Assembly (NCBI RefSeq): GCF_022045235.1
Contig: NW_027266275.1
Span: 18,042,001-18,106,000 of the forward strand
Length of the DNA: 64,000 nt
Origin: Haliotis cracherodii
Lineage: Eukaryota
Direction: 5' to 3'
In this document: piece by piece, positions 36,641 through 50,300 of the stretch
Numbering within the stretch: position 1 is the stretch's first letter
Layout of the letters: each line of letters begins with the position of its first letter
Notes under the pieces: model-generated
What the model was told of the DNA's origin: nothing
The model's input: the letters and a program-made list of their open reading frames with translations, nothing else
Databases searched by the model: none
Translations under genes and position numbers: made by a program

Positions 36641-39520
36641 AAATAATCAAACTATGTCACACGCTGACAACTGTGATGAAATTAAGTTTCTTTGATTCGA
36701 TTTTAGCGGTAAGTATATAATTTAATTGTGAAATCAATAAAAAAAACCACGACAAGTAAGTAAATAAATAACACATTGTATTGAAACACAAAGGAATAGT
36801 TTTACAATCACAAACGTCAATAGGTGAAATATGTGCCAACAGCAGTACAGTAACCGGCCCTATTGTAAGTCAGTGCACTCACCGGCTCAAGAAGCTGTCC
36901 AACTCGATTGTCTTCATGTTATCTGCAAGGCACGGGTTTTCAGATATGTATCCTGTCCGCACTGCGTTGCTGCTATATAGTGACATCGTTAGTATTGCAG
37001 CCATATAGCAACATCGTCAGTATAGTAGTCATGCGCTAACATCGGCAGTATTGTAACCATTTAGTGACGAAAGTAAACACAAATGTGTGGCGCCACCGGG
37101 ATGTTTTACATCACAGTGGTAAGTTCGATGACATCACAATCGCAGCATATGTCTCACACATACTTTAATCTTGTCGGAACAGTACAATGGACAATAGTTT
37201 GATAGTCAACGTTTAGTTATCACATGCAAATTAACTATGGTTGGTATTAGCCAATGAGTGATTTAAAAGTGCGCTGTTAATCCTGGACTCTTACTAATAT
37301 ACAGCTTTTTTTTATAAGATTGGAACGTATGAGGGATTACGGTAATCGCAGTTTGGCCAACTGCTGTATACGTGAGTAAATGAGGTAACTAAGCAACTGT
37401 CTTCAATTATATCAGCTTAATATTGGAGAGAGGCCAAGCCGACTGTCAGCGTATCCTGGTTTTAGATACGTGTTAAACCACTTAGTCGATTGAATATAAA
37501 CGCTGTTAAGTGAGCGAGTGAGAAAATAGGGATAATACATGTAGTATGACAGCGGCCTCTATCCATACTCGAAACTACATAAACCGAACTAGTGGTCGAT
37601 CGTGTGAGCACAGTCTGTTCCAGTGCAATGGCGAACATTCCGGTCCAAGCTTACTATTCCCACTAATTTCAAGCACTTTAGTCGGCTATTTCCACAAAGG
37701 ACGGGATAGTTGGTATTGATAGTGAATAAGTATCTGATATCAGAAATGTAATGAGCAAAAAGAACAAATAACGATAAAAAGGAACAAAATGTGTTTTTAT
37801 TTTATTACATCATAAGCTGCTTGATGAATACAGGGGCAAAATGCGTTGAATACTTTCCAGTCAAAACAACCATCAATATTCTTAATGTTATGATATATGT
37901 GTTGATATACTGAATCAAAACAGACGTTTCCGATAAGAAATGAGTAAATATAAAACCGTAAGAGCTACTGTATACATACATCATGAAATGGTCCATAGTT
38001 TAATGTTGTGCGTAACAAATTATCATGATCATATCATTAATCATGATAAACCAGGATAAAAATCCTGAGCAAAACCAGAATAGCTTTTGAAAGTACAATC
38101 TGTCATGCAAAAACAGAAACTCCCCCTACTGTTGACTGAAGAACCCAATCATTCCATACCATCATGCATTTCAAGAAACCATGCCTACTGCACCTTCAAA
38201 CCAGATGCATTGCCTTGCCTCGGATGACATAATTTGTTGTCTAAAAAGCATTTTAAACAGAATGTCCCATGTCCCATTTCATCTATCTTCAGAGGGGAGT
38301 TATATGCCATGCCGGTTTAATGACTTCGCGTTCGTTCTGGGATAACACATGTCGGAAGAAGTACAGTAAACACTTACTGAGTCATCATGAACATTTTCGA
38401 GAGTGTATGACCTTGATGGTTCTTCTGAGTAAAAGTGTAGGTGGGTCTGTTGAAGGAAGGCGCGTACCAATTTGTATTGACCTGGATTCAAGCATTTTCG
38501 TTTAAGCGGGGTTATCTTCAGGCTATGACCTCGAGAAAAAACTTGATCCCTAGGGTTATAAAGGAGAAATAATTGGTATGTTATCTCTGAGAAGTCCAAG
38601 CACCGCGTGGTTTGTTTCGGCAGCGACAGCTAAATTCTTACAAATCCTTTACGTATTACCACCTACGTGGGGCAGAATGATTTATTTATATATATATAAT
38701 GAACAAGAAAAGAGTCCCTAAGCTCAGTAAATCACTTCATGTTGTAAAGCCTATCGTACTTTGGATCTTCCAATATTAACTATATGTGTTTGAAGTTTGA
38801 ATTAAACTAAATATACTGAATATTAATACTATGTTCCTAAATTACGAAGGCAGTTGGGTAGTCTAGTAGTTTATGCGTTCGCTCGTCAATTGCTAACATG
38901 GGTACACTGTTTGAAGTCCATTTCTGGTGTCCCCTGCCGTGATATTGCTGGAATATTGCTAAAAGCGGCATAAACCCATACTCACTGACTCTTGTTTATA
39001 CAGACAATATTAGTTTTAGGGTGCATTAGTGACGAAATACACTCTTTATCCCAAAGTATAAAATTGATTTAGTAGAGTGAAATAACACGATCAGCGTTAC
39101 ATCATGGAAATCGTGCAAGAAAAAACACTGTCAATGAAACATTTGCCTTTTTATAAAACAGCATGTGTATTTAATTTCGTGATCTGCAAAGTTGACAATT
39201 TCACTGGTGCAAAATATGTTATTTAACAAGAAAAGACACATATCCTCCATATATTCTTAACATAAATCTACAACTTTTGAATATATATAAATTCCTATCT
39301 TAAGTAAACAGTATAATTATACAAATAAAAATGAACCAGTACCAAGCACTGCCCATGTCCGAATAATTCATCTGTTATGTCTTTGAGGATACAATATTAA
39401 GTATTTTTTAAAATGAAGATTGTATCTGTCATAGAGTTATAACATATTTTAAGCATAGGCAGATTTGTATTCTCCACATATATATAAACACGTATACTCA
39501 AATAATTAGCTACAATCAGG

Positions 39521-40385
39521 CATAAACCCAGTCCCTTAAGTGTGGCACATCAACTAGCCATAAAACCAGTCCCTGAGATGCATCAAGTCACTTATTCATA
39601 AACCCAGTCCCTGAAATTTCCGCGCGTTAACTAGTCATAAAACCAGTCCCTGAGATGTTGCACGCCACTTATTCATAAACCCAGTCCCTGAAGTGTGACG
39701 TGTCAGCTAGTTATGAACTCAATCTCATAATATCCAGATCTTAGTTCTCGCTACCGCTAAACAAAGATCTGTGGACATCCCACGGGTCACGTCACGCCGA
39801 CCTTTCATCCGACCAATCAGAACATCGCTCAGCATATCAAGAAAAAGTGATAGTCGGAATGTGTTTTCTAATCATTCAACCTGGAGTGTTCCGAACGACA
39901 TTTATGGCCTGGACGACTGATTCCATCAAAATCAACCTTTATCTCTCGCTTCAATGGGACAAACGTTTGAACGGAAGAGACTTTGCATAGCCCATGGGAA
40001 GTATTGTCATACAATGTTGGCCATCTATTACATCTTGGACATTCTAGAATGCTTATTTGTTCAGTTTTCAAATTGTGATTCGAGAATTTGTCAAAATATT
40101 GTTCAAAGCGTAGTCTGGAATTAAAGTCCTGAGTTTGAACGTAGTGCCGTATAGCTCGAGAAAACTGCTTTCTGATTGGTTAATGTCAACTTCCTGTTAG
40201 TAATTTCAATGGTCAGTCAAAGTTCGAGAATGGTCGATGGGTCATGACCTGATACGGGATGCCATTAAATCTTTGTGTTGTGGTAGCGAGCACAAACATC
40301 TGATTTTAATGAGATTGATCATGAAGTGTGGCGAGTCAACTAGTCATACACCGAGTCCCTGAAGTGTAGCACGTCAGCTAGTCAT
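39521..40385. repeat. ~37-bp minisatellite (cataaacccagtccctgaagtgtggcacatcaactag) split by a MITE; more units at 41093-41210
   Basis: Repeated cataaa(c)ccagtccctga units on both sides of the MITE. Confidence 0.75.
39720..40317. mobile_element. ~600-bp MITE with ~50-bp TIRs (CAATCTC...GAGATTG)
   Basis: Terminal inverted repeats; full-length homolog at 53045-53640. Confidence 0.82.
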
Positions 40386-41226
40386 TGTTATGTGGCAGTG
40401 TAATTTATTTCTAAACAATATTGTCTTCACGATTTGGCTGATATATTGCCGATGTGACTTTAAATAGTAACTCACTCACTCACTCTAAACAATATAGCAA
40501 CTGTAACATAAAGTTTCTGCTGAGATTCAGTAGAAGTTCAGAGCATTGTGTTTTGACCATGATTAGTTGTCACGAATATATTGCTATCTAATGTAAGCAG
40601 TGGTGTGGAAGTTACTATATTACGATGTCATTGGGGTGTAACCTAGAATCTGCCGGGACAACTGTATTAGTCCATCACTGAAATGAAAACCTGTACATGT
40701 ATTTAGACTATGTTAGGAGGCAAGTACCTGCCTCTCTGATCTCACATTTCATCTCACATTACATCAAACCAGCGGTTGTGTGAAGATCAATGTTTTCACC
40801 CGGGATCTTTCCAGCTTATCACTGTTGCTGCTCGGTGAATATTATTATCCTTAACCTTATTACTATAACCACTGCTATTGTATGTTATACTGCCATTAAA
40901 TTTTGTAAGGCATTCTATTATGTACAGCCATTGTAATTACTTTGCAGTAATTTGTATTACTTTATTAACCTAGTTCATCATATAATACAAATGTTGATTG
41001 TAAACCATGTCTTTTTGTTCGTTGGTTTTACATTGAATTCTTCTTGATTTCTGGTAACTTATTGTTTCAAATTGGAAGTCGACACGTAACAACATAAACC
41101 CAGTCCCTGAGATGTAGTACATAAACTAGTCATAAACCCTGTCCATGCACTGCAGCACAAAAAAACACAAAAAGTAGACGTAAACCTGAAGTGTGGCAGT
41201 TAAACTCGTCACCAATGCGTCAACCT

Positions 41227-41358
41227 CTACGACATGACGTCGTCTATAGACCCAGGAGGCCTCACGTTTATCTCAATGTCTCTCTCTATAAACGCGGCTA
41301 ACTCAGTGGCCGTCTTCTCATCAATGGGTTCTCTTCCGTGTCCTGGCCTGTCAGCTTC
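41227..41358 (-). CDS. SLC5 exon 15, terminal (EADRPG...IDDVMS*)
   Basis: ttttttAG acceptor, in-frame to TAG, 132 nt. This is the least conserved exon. Confidence 0.7.
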   Translation of the reverse strand, partial: EADRPGHGREPIDEKTATELAAFIERDIEINVRPPGSIDDVMS

Positions 41359-44300
41359 CTAAAAAACATGTTTTACAATGTACTGTTCAATCTAATTCAA
41401 TACATACAAACAGCAAATATAAGTTTAGAAGTACTTTCGTTTAATAGTAAAATCTAAGCGGATGTGAACAGTATTTCAGTTATAAAACTCTCCGCCATAT
41501 CATTTAGTCTGATCAAGTGATCAGTGATCAAGAGTTGGGTTTAAAGCCGCTTTGAACTGTTGACACGACCAGTTATAGGGCGGCGTGTCAGCTAAATGTG
41601 GTAGGAAAGCCTGAAGTGATGCAGGTCTCAGACGTTTACCACTTCGGAGAAACACACGAGCGCGGGTATTGTGCTGTCAGACCTAGAAACATTATCGGGG
41701 TGAAACGGGATTCTAACCAACAATCATAGGTTTCTGGATTGCGCAAAGGAAGCAACTCTTCACAGCGAATTGCGACGCCTTTAAACGACTGGGCCCGAGT
41801 CTGATCATGATAGAACATAGTTCTTGAGCAGCCATGAGTACAAGGACAGGCGTTAAGCACAATGACACTTTGCAACAACCCGATCTGCAGTTTAGTCCGG
41901 TACATACGGGTACTGTGCTATGTGTAAGTCAAAAGGAGTAGGCTTCACACCTTGTAAATATTGAGATTAATATGCACATAAGACTTTCTCCAAAACGGCC
42001 ATCTTGTAATCCAGTTCCATGCTTTACCTTGAGGATTCAGATATAAAAAATGAACATATCTTTCCGCCTCACCGTTTAAGCAAGATCTACAAGGGATTAC
42101 CTGTTGGTGTTTCAGGCCGCATCGACACGCCTCTCTCCACTTGGAGGGCAGACAGCAGCAGACGACATCAAACAGGGGACAGATGAGACGAGGGTCCATC
42201 TTCTCGATGTCCTCAAAACCTGTAACATGAAGATTCTTCAGTTGATTGATCATACCCGGGTATAAGTAGGGTATACATTCACATAGTGGTATAAGCAGAG
42301 TATAATTAGCCGGGTATATGTCTTTAAACAAACCGTGTGAGTCGAGTCTAGGATGCTACCGCTAGTGCGGGACCCTTTTCGCGAACACCTGGTGCCTCCA
42401 CTCACTTTTAGTGATCCATTCAAATAAGTTTCACCGCGGTATCGCTATTTTCCCCGTATGCCCAATGGAATCTGTTTCGGCTGATAATCGAGACTGATTA
42501 TTCTTGCATGTCTATTTAATACGAAATAAGACGGGTATATCTCCTGAGCTGAGGCACATTATGCTCGGTTCACTGATAGAAATGAATACATACAGAATAG
42601 ACAGTGTTTACAGACTGTTATCTGAATCTCAGAACATTAGGCTACATGACCGAAATGAATAAGAAACATATTAATGGCAAGGTCATTTCTGTCACGGGAC
42701 AAGTGAACACGGACATAACTATATAGAACCCACATGTTCATTGGGGGTTAGCGCTGCCTACGCCAAACCAGAAGTTTGTAGGTAGCAACTATCATTTTCT
42801 CGCTGGACAGTAAAAAATGTGGTTTCACCCGAGCACATGGAGCATGATTTAGGCAAGATTTTAGCCCTTTTATTTATATTTTGAACTAATTTTAACTTGT
42901 ATCATGCACAGATGGGTTTCAGTACCATAATTGTTATAGCATTGATATACGACACCCAATAACAATTTCAATATTTTTTTCACTTTCTGTTTGATGTAGT
43001 AGGGCTCATTAGCGACGAGTCGAAGACTAAGTGTTTTTCAGCGTGTAAACTGTGTTATTATTTTCACACTAGCGCACGTTTGTGTCAATTCTAGCTTCAT
43101 GAGTTTATTTTAGGATTTGTATCAATCTATTCCCTATACGTAATGTATATATTCCAAAATATTTAACAAAACAAAACGTGTACAAGTCGATGGTAATTGG
43201 TTGAACACTGGCTAGGTTGTTGATATTTATAACTTGGTCGTGCGCTTCAGATTGCCGATTAGCCACATTGACATCCATAGCGGCCATGTTGAGGATATTT
43301 ATGCTTCCAGGAGTGATGGAAGACATTATACATTGCTATTACTCATTACAGCGAATGTTTTTCACATGCAGTGATAAGCCATATTAAGACTTGCAGGTCT
43401 TCAAACATTATTCACTGATTAAATTAGGTTTCTTAAAGACTTTGGTCTTTTTGACGTAAACTGGTGGTAAATAACACACATATCTCATCAATTGCCTCGA
43501 TGTCAATGGTTCTGATAGGAACACAATAACGTCACATTGGTACAAAGGACGCATGACACACTTAGTGTAAGGGACATGTAAAATAATGCCACATTGTGGT
43601 ATAAGGCCGCTATGTTAACGGAGGAAAAACTCTGGATTTGAAGGATTCTGGCACCTCCAAATGATCAATAAACGTTAACTTTTTTAACCTCGGACGAAAA
43701 TATCGACTTTGGAGCCGATGTACGGGACCGAATCGTTCAAGAGGACACTCCCAAGATGATTCATTAAATCAACCAAAACGCAACTACAGTGTAATCTAAA
43801 TGAACATATACATTTGGGTGCGTTGTTTTCAAGGTTGTTCGCTGGGAAAGTGATAGATGTAGAGCACTTCCCCGATCGATGAAAATAGAAATACAATAAT
43901 AAAATAATTATACATTAATGTAGAGTCTAGGATATATCGGAAATCATTGGTAAGGATTTGCTGCGAATCTTGTTACATTGGTGTGGCTTGAACAACGCAC
44001 GAGGAACAAGGGCAACATTGTGTGGGTGATGAAGAAACTTGAACATTTCCAAGCGTATGTGTGGAAGGGAGTTACGGAATGGCACGAAGAGCTTCCATTG
44101 GTCAGTTATATGGTGCTTAAAGCTGTAATCAAATTTCGTTTGTTACAGCATGCAAGGATGAGATTGTATGATCTCTGTATGGATCTCTGTAACAATCACA
44201 TCAAAGATGTAAAAAATACTGAACATATGATTCTGTGTTGTTTAGAAATACGAAAACGATATTGACCCTGAAGCCAGTCGGTGCATGATATAAGTTAGAT

Positions 44301-47300
44301 TTAGTTCACAATATACATTAAAAGGGATAAAACTCGCCTAAATCATGCACCATGTGCTTGGGTGAAATTATGTTTTTTTGCTGCCCCGCGAGAAAATGTT
44401 GCCACCTAACAACATCCGATTTGGCATGGACAGCGATTACCCCCTATGAATTATTCAACTTCGTAAATCCGAGTACTGTCTCCACCCTCTTATTGGTTGG
44501 CGATTGGAAGATGGTCGTTCTGTTTCTTAAGCCAAACTTTTATGTGCCCTTCACTCACATGTGAAGCGAACACCTGGTGTCATCACAAGAGCGTCATGGG
44601 TGTCAGTTTCAATAAAAATGTAGGTCTCATTTCTTGTTTGTTTCCGGTAAGAATACTACGGTATACGTATTTGAACTGCTCACGGAACTGGAGATTTGCA
44701 ATCAGACAAAGTCAGCATGGACTCACCTGTGAAGAAGCTGACAGGTAGCCCTACCCCCAGAACTATCAGCACAGCAGTGAAACTGTACCACAGGTAGGAC
44801 AGGCCGTACAGGCTGTTAAGGGGGTTCCTGTAAACAGGGGGTTCAATAAACAATCAGCAGATGTGTACGGTCCGTGTACAGGAACCAGCTACACACATGG
44901 TAACACAACATTCGAGAGAAAATATTAGCACTATTAAACAACATAACTTGATTCGCTCATATATGTAGCTGAACACATAATTAAATAACTAGTATTAAGA
45001 ATTGACAAATCGTTATCATTTTGAAAAAAAAAGGCCAGATCTGTGAAAAAAAATTGAACAACGTGACCTAACCATGAAGGACATTACCAATGATACCAGT
45101 GGTGGGGACATGTGTCTTTGTGACAATGATATCGAGTTACATTCAACCCCTACAAAGTAGTAACGCTATGGGAAATCAAACTAGGGTTTCTGACTGGCGA
45201 TTACACACCACAAGCACAGGCTTATTTGCATATCAAGTGCCTGGACGTTTCTCTTGTTTGAACATTGTATTCTGAAATCAGAACATTCTTGCCTAACATT
45301 CACTCCCTTAACAATCTTAGAAGGCGCATCTTCAAGCTGTTTGTCAAAACATCAAAAAGATCATTAAGGCAAACTGAGGTGCATCACTACATTTCCTGAA
45401 CAGTATGCTGGTACTCTTACCAGTCCTCTGCTGGTTCCGTTCCGTTAAAGACACTTGGTGGCGTTGTGACGTTGAGGGAGGCCAACGTTGACAGCGTGGC
45501 GTTGACGTCATATCCGGGGGAGGTGTACATACTTGTCGACGTTATGTTCCAATTGCATCCCGAAATACTGATTGGACTCCTATTCTTTGGTAGCTGAGCA
45601 ACGTGGGAGCCAATACCGATCCAGAACATCATAAAGAGGCTGACGAACAGGCCGGAATATGCTCCCTGGGAGGAGTACAGAAACTATAGCAATTTCACAC
45701 AGGAAAATTTTACAATAATTATATATTAGTGATTGATGTATTACGTGGAAGTAAACAATACCCAAACTATAAAACAGCGGACTGCAATGTATCACTGCGA
45801 ATTAAATGGTTGATACCGTGAGCACACATCCGCCGGGTTAGGATGGCATACTTGAACAGCCTGTTAAAAAGTTGAGAGTTGAGATGGTTGCCTATGACCT
45901 ATCCGATGCAATGGTCAACACTAGCCACCCGGTTCTCATTTTAAGTCATATATCACAAGAAACATGCATGTCTATTTTCAAAAGGATATCCACCCGAAAT
46001 TCCTACGGGTGTGTATATATCTCGTGTACCTACCCATTTATTTGCCCATGGAAACAGCATGCCCAACGTGAAGAGTCCAAGCATGGGCGCCCCCAGCATT
46101 CCAAACAGAGACAACGCCGCCTGTTGAAATAACATTAGTGTGTTTGTAGTTTAACGCAGCACTCAGCAATAGTCCAGCTATACGGCGGTCTGTAAATAAT
46201 TGTGTCTGGACCAGGCAATGCAGTGATTGGCATCATGAACATCGGTTTTACACAATTGGGATATAATGACATGCATCAACCAAGCCTGACCCGATTCTGT
46301 TAGTTGCCTCTTACGACAAGCATGGGTTGCTGAAGATCTATTCTACACCGGATCTTCACGGGTCTCGGTAACATTAAAGTAAAACTGACTATGAGTGAGA
46401 GGGTGTAAACTTAATCTGGAAGAAGAACACTCAGTGTCGCATATCGTTTACCACTTATGTGAAACACACGAGTAGGGTATGATGCGGACAGACTAGTGAT
46501 CCTAATCAGGATCAAGCTCCTTCCCAGCGTGTAACACCGTTTTTTTTAACTCGCGTGGTATCACAGTACAGAGAGCTCCGCGAACGGACTATGGGATCTG
46601 GAATCAGGGTGAGCTAAAGCCTAATCTGTTTATTCAGTACATGAGTGGGCCAGCGGCCCATAGTACAATTCGGTTCACCAGACATGTATAAAAATACAAC
46701 TGTGTACACCTAAATACACAACAGCAAGGCATTCATAGATAAAGAATATTACTTGTGCAAAAATGAATTCCTTAACTTAAAAGCGTGGTAAATATAACAA
46801 GCCAGACTTCTAATTGTTGACTGATGCAGAGACGACATAAGTATGTAAAATTGTTCTATTGATGGATTTACATAATATTTTTGAGGAATATATGTCACTC
46901 GGAGAGCATAATATTTTTCACAAACCAATACAAAATGGTATTCAGACTCAACATAGCCTGTTTTACAAACCATACATAACCTTCGCTGTCTTGGGATACC
47001 AAAATATCTCCCGGTTTCTATGTGGAGCGAGTGGGAGCTAGCTCTAAAACGTGCCAGTGCAACGCGAAACTTATTGATTGTAATAGCCGATAAATAAAAT
47101 TCCCTGCTAAACCTAAATTTATAACAAAGATATGATGAATACTTGGGGCTATTGGTCAAAGCAAAATGCCGATCTTGTTCATAAGAGCATTTTAATCTTT
47201 GTATGAACTCATCAATAAATGAAATAGAAATAACAAGATGCTGATTTTCCCATACGTAGCCAAAGCCATAGGCGTACAAAAGTAATTTAACTCTAGAGGC

Positions 47301-50300
47301 CCAATTAGTCTTACCTGCTATGGCCTGCTGCACAAGCATATTGTAACTTTTTCGTGGATAACGCGAATCGGGCATCTTTAAAATCTTACACCAATAATTC
47401 AAGCATCTTTTGAAAGCATAGATATACAAAGGGTATCTCCCACACTCTCCACGCACAACATGATTGGAAGTTGCTGACTTAACTCCTAAAATACGTTTAC
47501 AAGCAAGTGTATGAACAACTTCAATCTCCTCGCAAAACGATAAAGATAAACCCCAAACTTCTGCACCGTAAAGAAGTACTGGCACAACTTTAGCATCAAA
47601 AATTTTAAAGAAAATATTCGTAGGAGTAGGTTTAATTAGCTGTAGGGACTTCAAAAGCTTAAACAAAACCTTTTTAGCTTGATTAACAACATTAGATATA
47701 TGTGCACTCCAAGATAGATTTCGAAAAAATAATACACCAAGGTATTTATATGTAGTTACACATTCCAACAATTTTCCATCGTAAACCCATTTTTCATATT
47801 TTGAAAGAACACTCCCATTTTTAAAATCAGGGTGAGCTAAAGGTCGCAACTCACAGCGAAATACGGCACCTGATAACATTAGATATGTCCACCAATTCGC
47901 CGAGTACAAGCATGGTCTCTATAACAACTGTTTAGTATGTATGGAATATGAAGAATCGGTTCAATCTTTGAAAACCTCTCGAAAAGTTATTTAATTAGAA
48001 TTGGTATTGCCTGACGGTGCATCGGAAAATACTTAGGTATTGAGGACGTCGGACCACTGAAAATGGGCTACCTGTAGAATATCGCCGAGTTTGGAGGCGA
48101 CCCACGTAAGTCCGAGGCAGATGATACCAAACACAACAGCTGCAACAAAGATGTATACAGTCACCAAGTCATAGAGTGTGTGTTCCGCTTTACAGCCCAC
48201 TGAAGATTCTCAAACCCTGACGCTAGGGTACATTTACACACGTAAAAGGTACTTAGTGGCTTCCATGCATCATAGCTTGGTATTAAACCGGAATGAGGAA
48301 AATATAAAATAATATCAGGCAAGATAAGTATTGAAAATACAATTGACTAATCGTCTCGATCTGGATATATGGTAATGTGCACGATAGAGCAAGTGTCAGT
48401 GTGTATATAGAACACAACTGTGATACACTAAGAGGACATCTGATCAACAGCATCATCACATATCAAACTATGTCGCCATCAGTTGAGTGTGCAAGAACAT
48501 ATTCGTCAACAAACTCACTTTGCTTTCATTTTGATACGAACACAAATATGTGTAATTTAACGCCAAAAACTATATAAGCTTCACGTATTTACGAGCGTCA
48601 CTAATTGTAACGTCACATATAATTTTATATAAGTACACAAGATTGCCCATGCACAGGTCCCTACAACCATATTTCCTACCCCAGGAGGAGCGTAATGTTG
48701 TTCACGTGTCATAATGTTGTGTCGCAGACTGGTTCCTGTATGGCCATGCGTCGTGTCATATTTCTAATGTGATGCTTGCAACAATCATTTCTGATGAATT
48801 TGTTGTAGACGAGCGCATTAACGGAATCCCCTTTTGTTCAAGCCACATACCAGTGAAGTAAAGGAAAATGTTTTCAGAAAATGAATTCTCTGATCGAATA
48901 GAACTCACATTGACATCAATTAAATCAGCGAAATCTAATCGTGTACCTTTAAAGACGCTTTGTCTGTTGCTTTGCTACCCACCTATGATCTTGGAGATAT
49001 TGGTGGCTCTGCTCTCGCTGATTCCTTTTAGAAAATAGGGTTTGAGAATATCCTGGAGGGTCACAGCCGCCATAGAGTTAAGTCCAGACGATATCGTGCT
49101 GTAAACATGACATATAAACACGTCTTGACAATAACACATATAGTATATACTGTGATTAAATGAATGACCTTACGTTGAATACACTACTAAAGTAAAGTTA
49201 ACACTTTCAACCGGAGAAGGCTATATCGTGATAAATACTATTCACGCGAACACTTGTGAGTGAGTGAATGCTGTTTTACGCCACGCTCCACAATGTTACA
49301 ACAATATTACTGTGACTTGTTATTAATCTAGTCTCGACCAAGCAAGTGGTTGATAGCATGATAAACGATCAACGCCGTCAGAGCACGATGGCCTACAGTT
49401 GCTACATTCCTATAAGGACCCCGACCATCACTGCCGGGAATCCATATCGTGTGACTGGTGTCGTGAATTGGCTGTCATGCAGTAGTGATGTTTCTGTTTG
49501 CTTGTGTTGTTTGCTTTTTTCCTATTTTTTGTAAAAAAATAACCGTATCTCTTTGCTGCACTCTATAAACGATCGTAGTTTTGATCATGAGTTGTTGCCA
49601 CACATTGCTACGGGCTGTCCCATTGTGTTTTCCTAATAGATCCCCGATTCAAATCTGTATCGCGCATAACAGTCTTCAGCAAAGTGCATGCCCAGTGATC
49701 TGAAACAAATGTAACAGGTTTCCCATTCTAAGACACTTGCTTTCAAATACAATTACTTACATTTTAGATCGTGCAACAATATATTTACTTTTGGAGTCGG
49801 AAACCTAACCATGCGCTCTTACACAGAGATACGTTTACCGTTTAGCTAATAATAACCTGTTATCAAAACGGCAATTATGTTTTTGCGGTGTGATCTGGCG
49901 TTGCACAGCTTACAGTGAATAAAAGTGACAACACCATTCCATAATCAGAATTAATCTCTGATAAAAACAGAGTCCATTTTACAGTTCCGACTATATCATA
50001 GTGAGTGAGTGAGTATGGTTTTACGCCGCTTTTAGCAATATTCCAGCAATATCACGGCGGGGGACACCAGAAATGGGCTTCACACATTGTACCCATGTCT
50101 GGAATCGAACCCGGGTCTTCGGCGTGACGAGCGAACGCTTTAACCACTAGGCTACCCGACCGCCCCGACTATATCATAAGCATGTGTTTATGAATCACTA
50201 TCAAATAATGATGATGCCAAGTGTTCGCAAAAAGGTGAGCGTATCCTGCCCCGACGGTGGCAGCCACCATGCACTATCACTATCCCCTCGCTATCCATGG

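Noticed and set aside
38100-38600. Faint LINE remnants (also ~27400-27780 and ~43930-44270)
   Set aside because: Only short motif hints such as RGHSLKI and GFSWLNQ; too degenerate to delimit without a search.
46749-47909. 386-aa ORF as a host gene
   Set aside because: It is a LINE ORF2 fragment; its N-terminal part reads through the TSD into flanking DNA.
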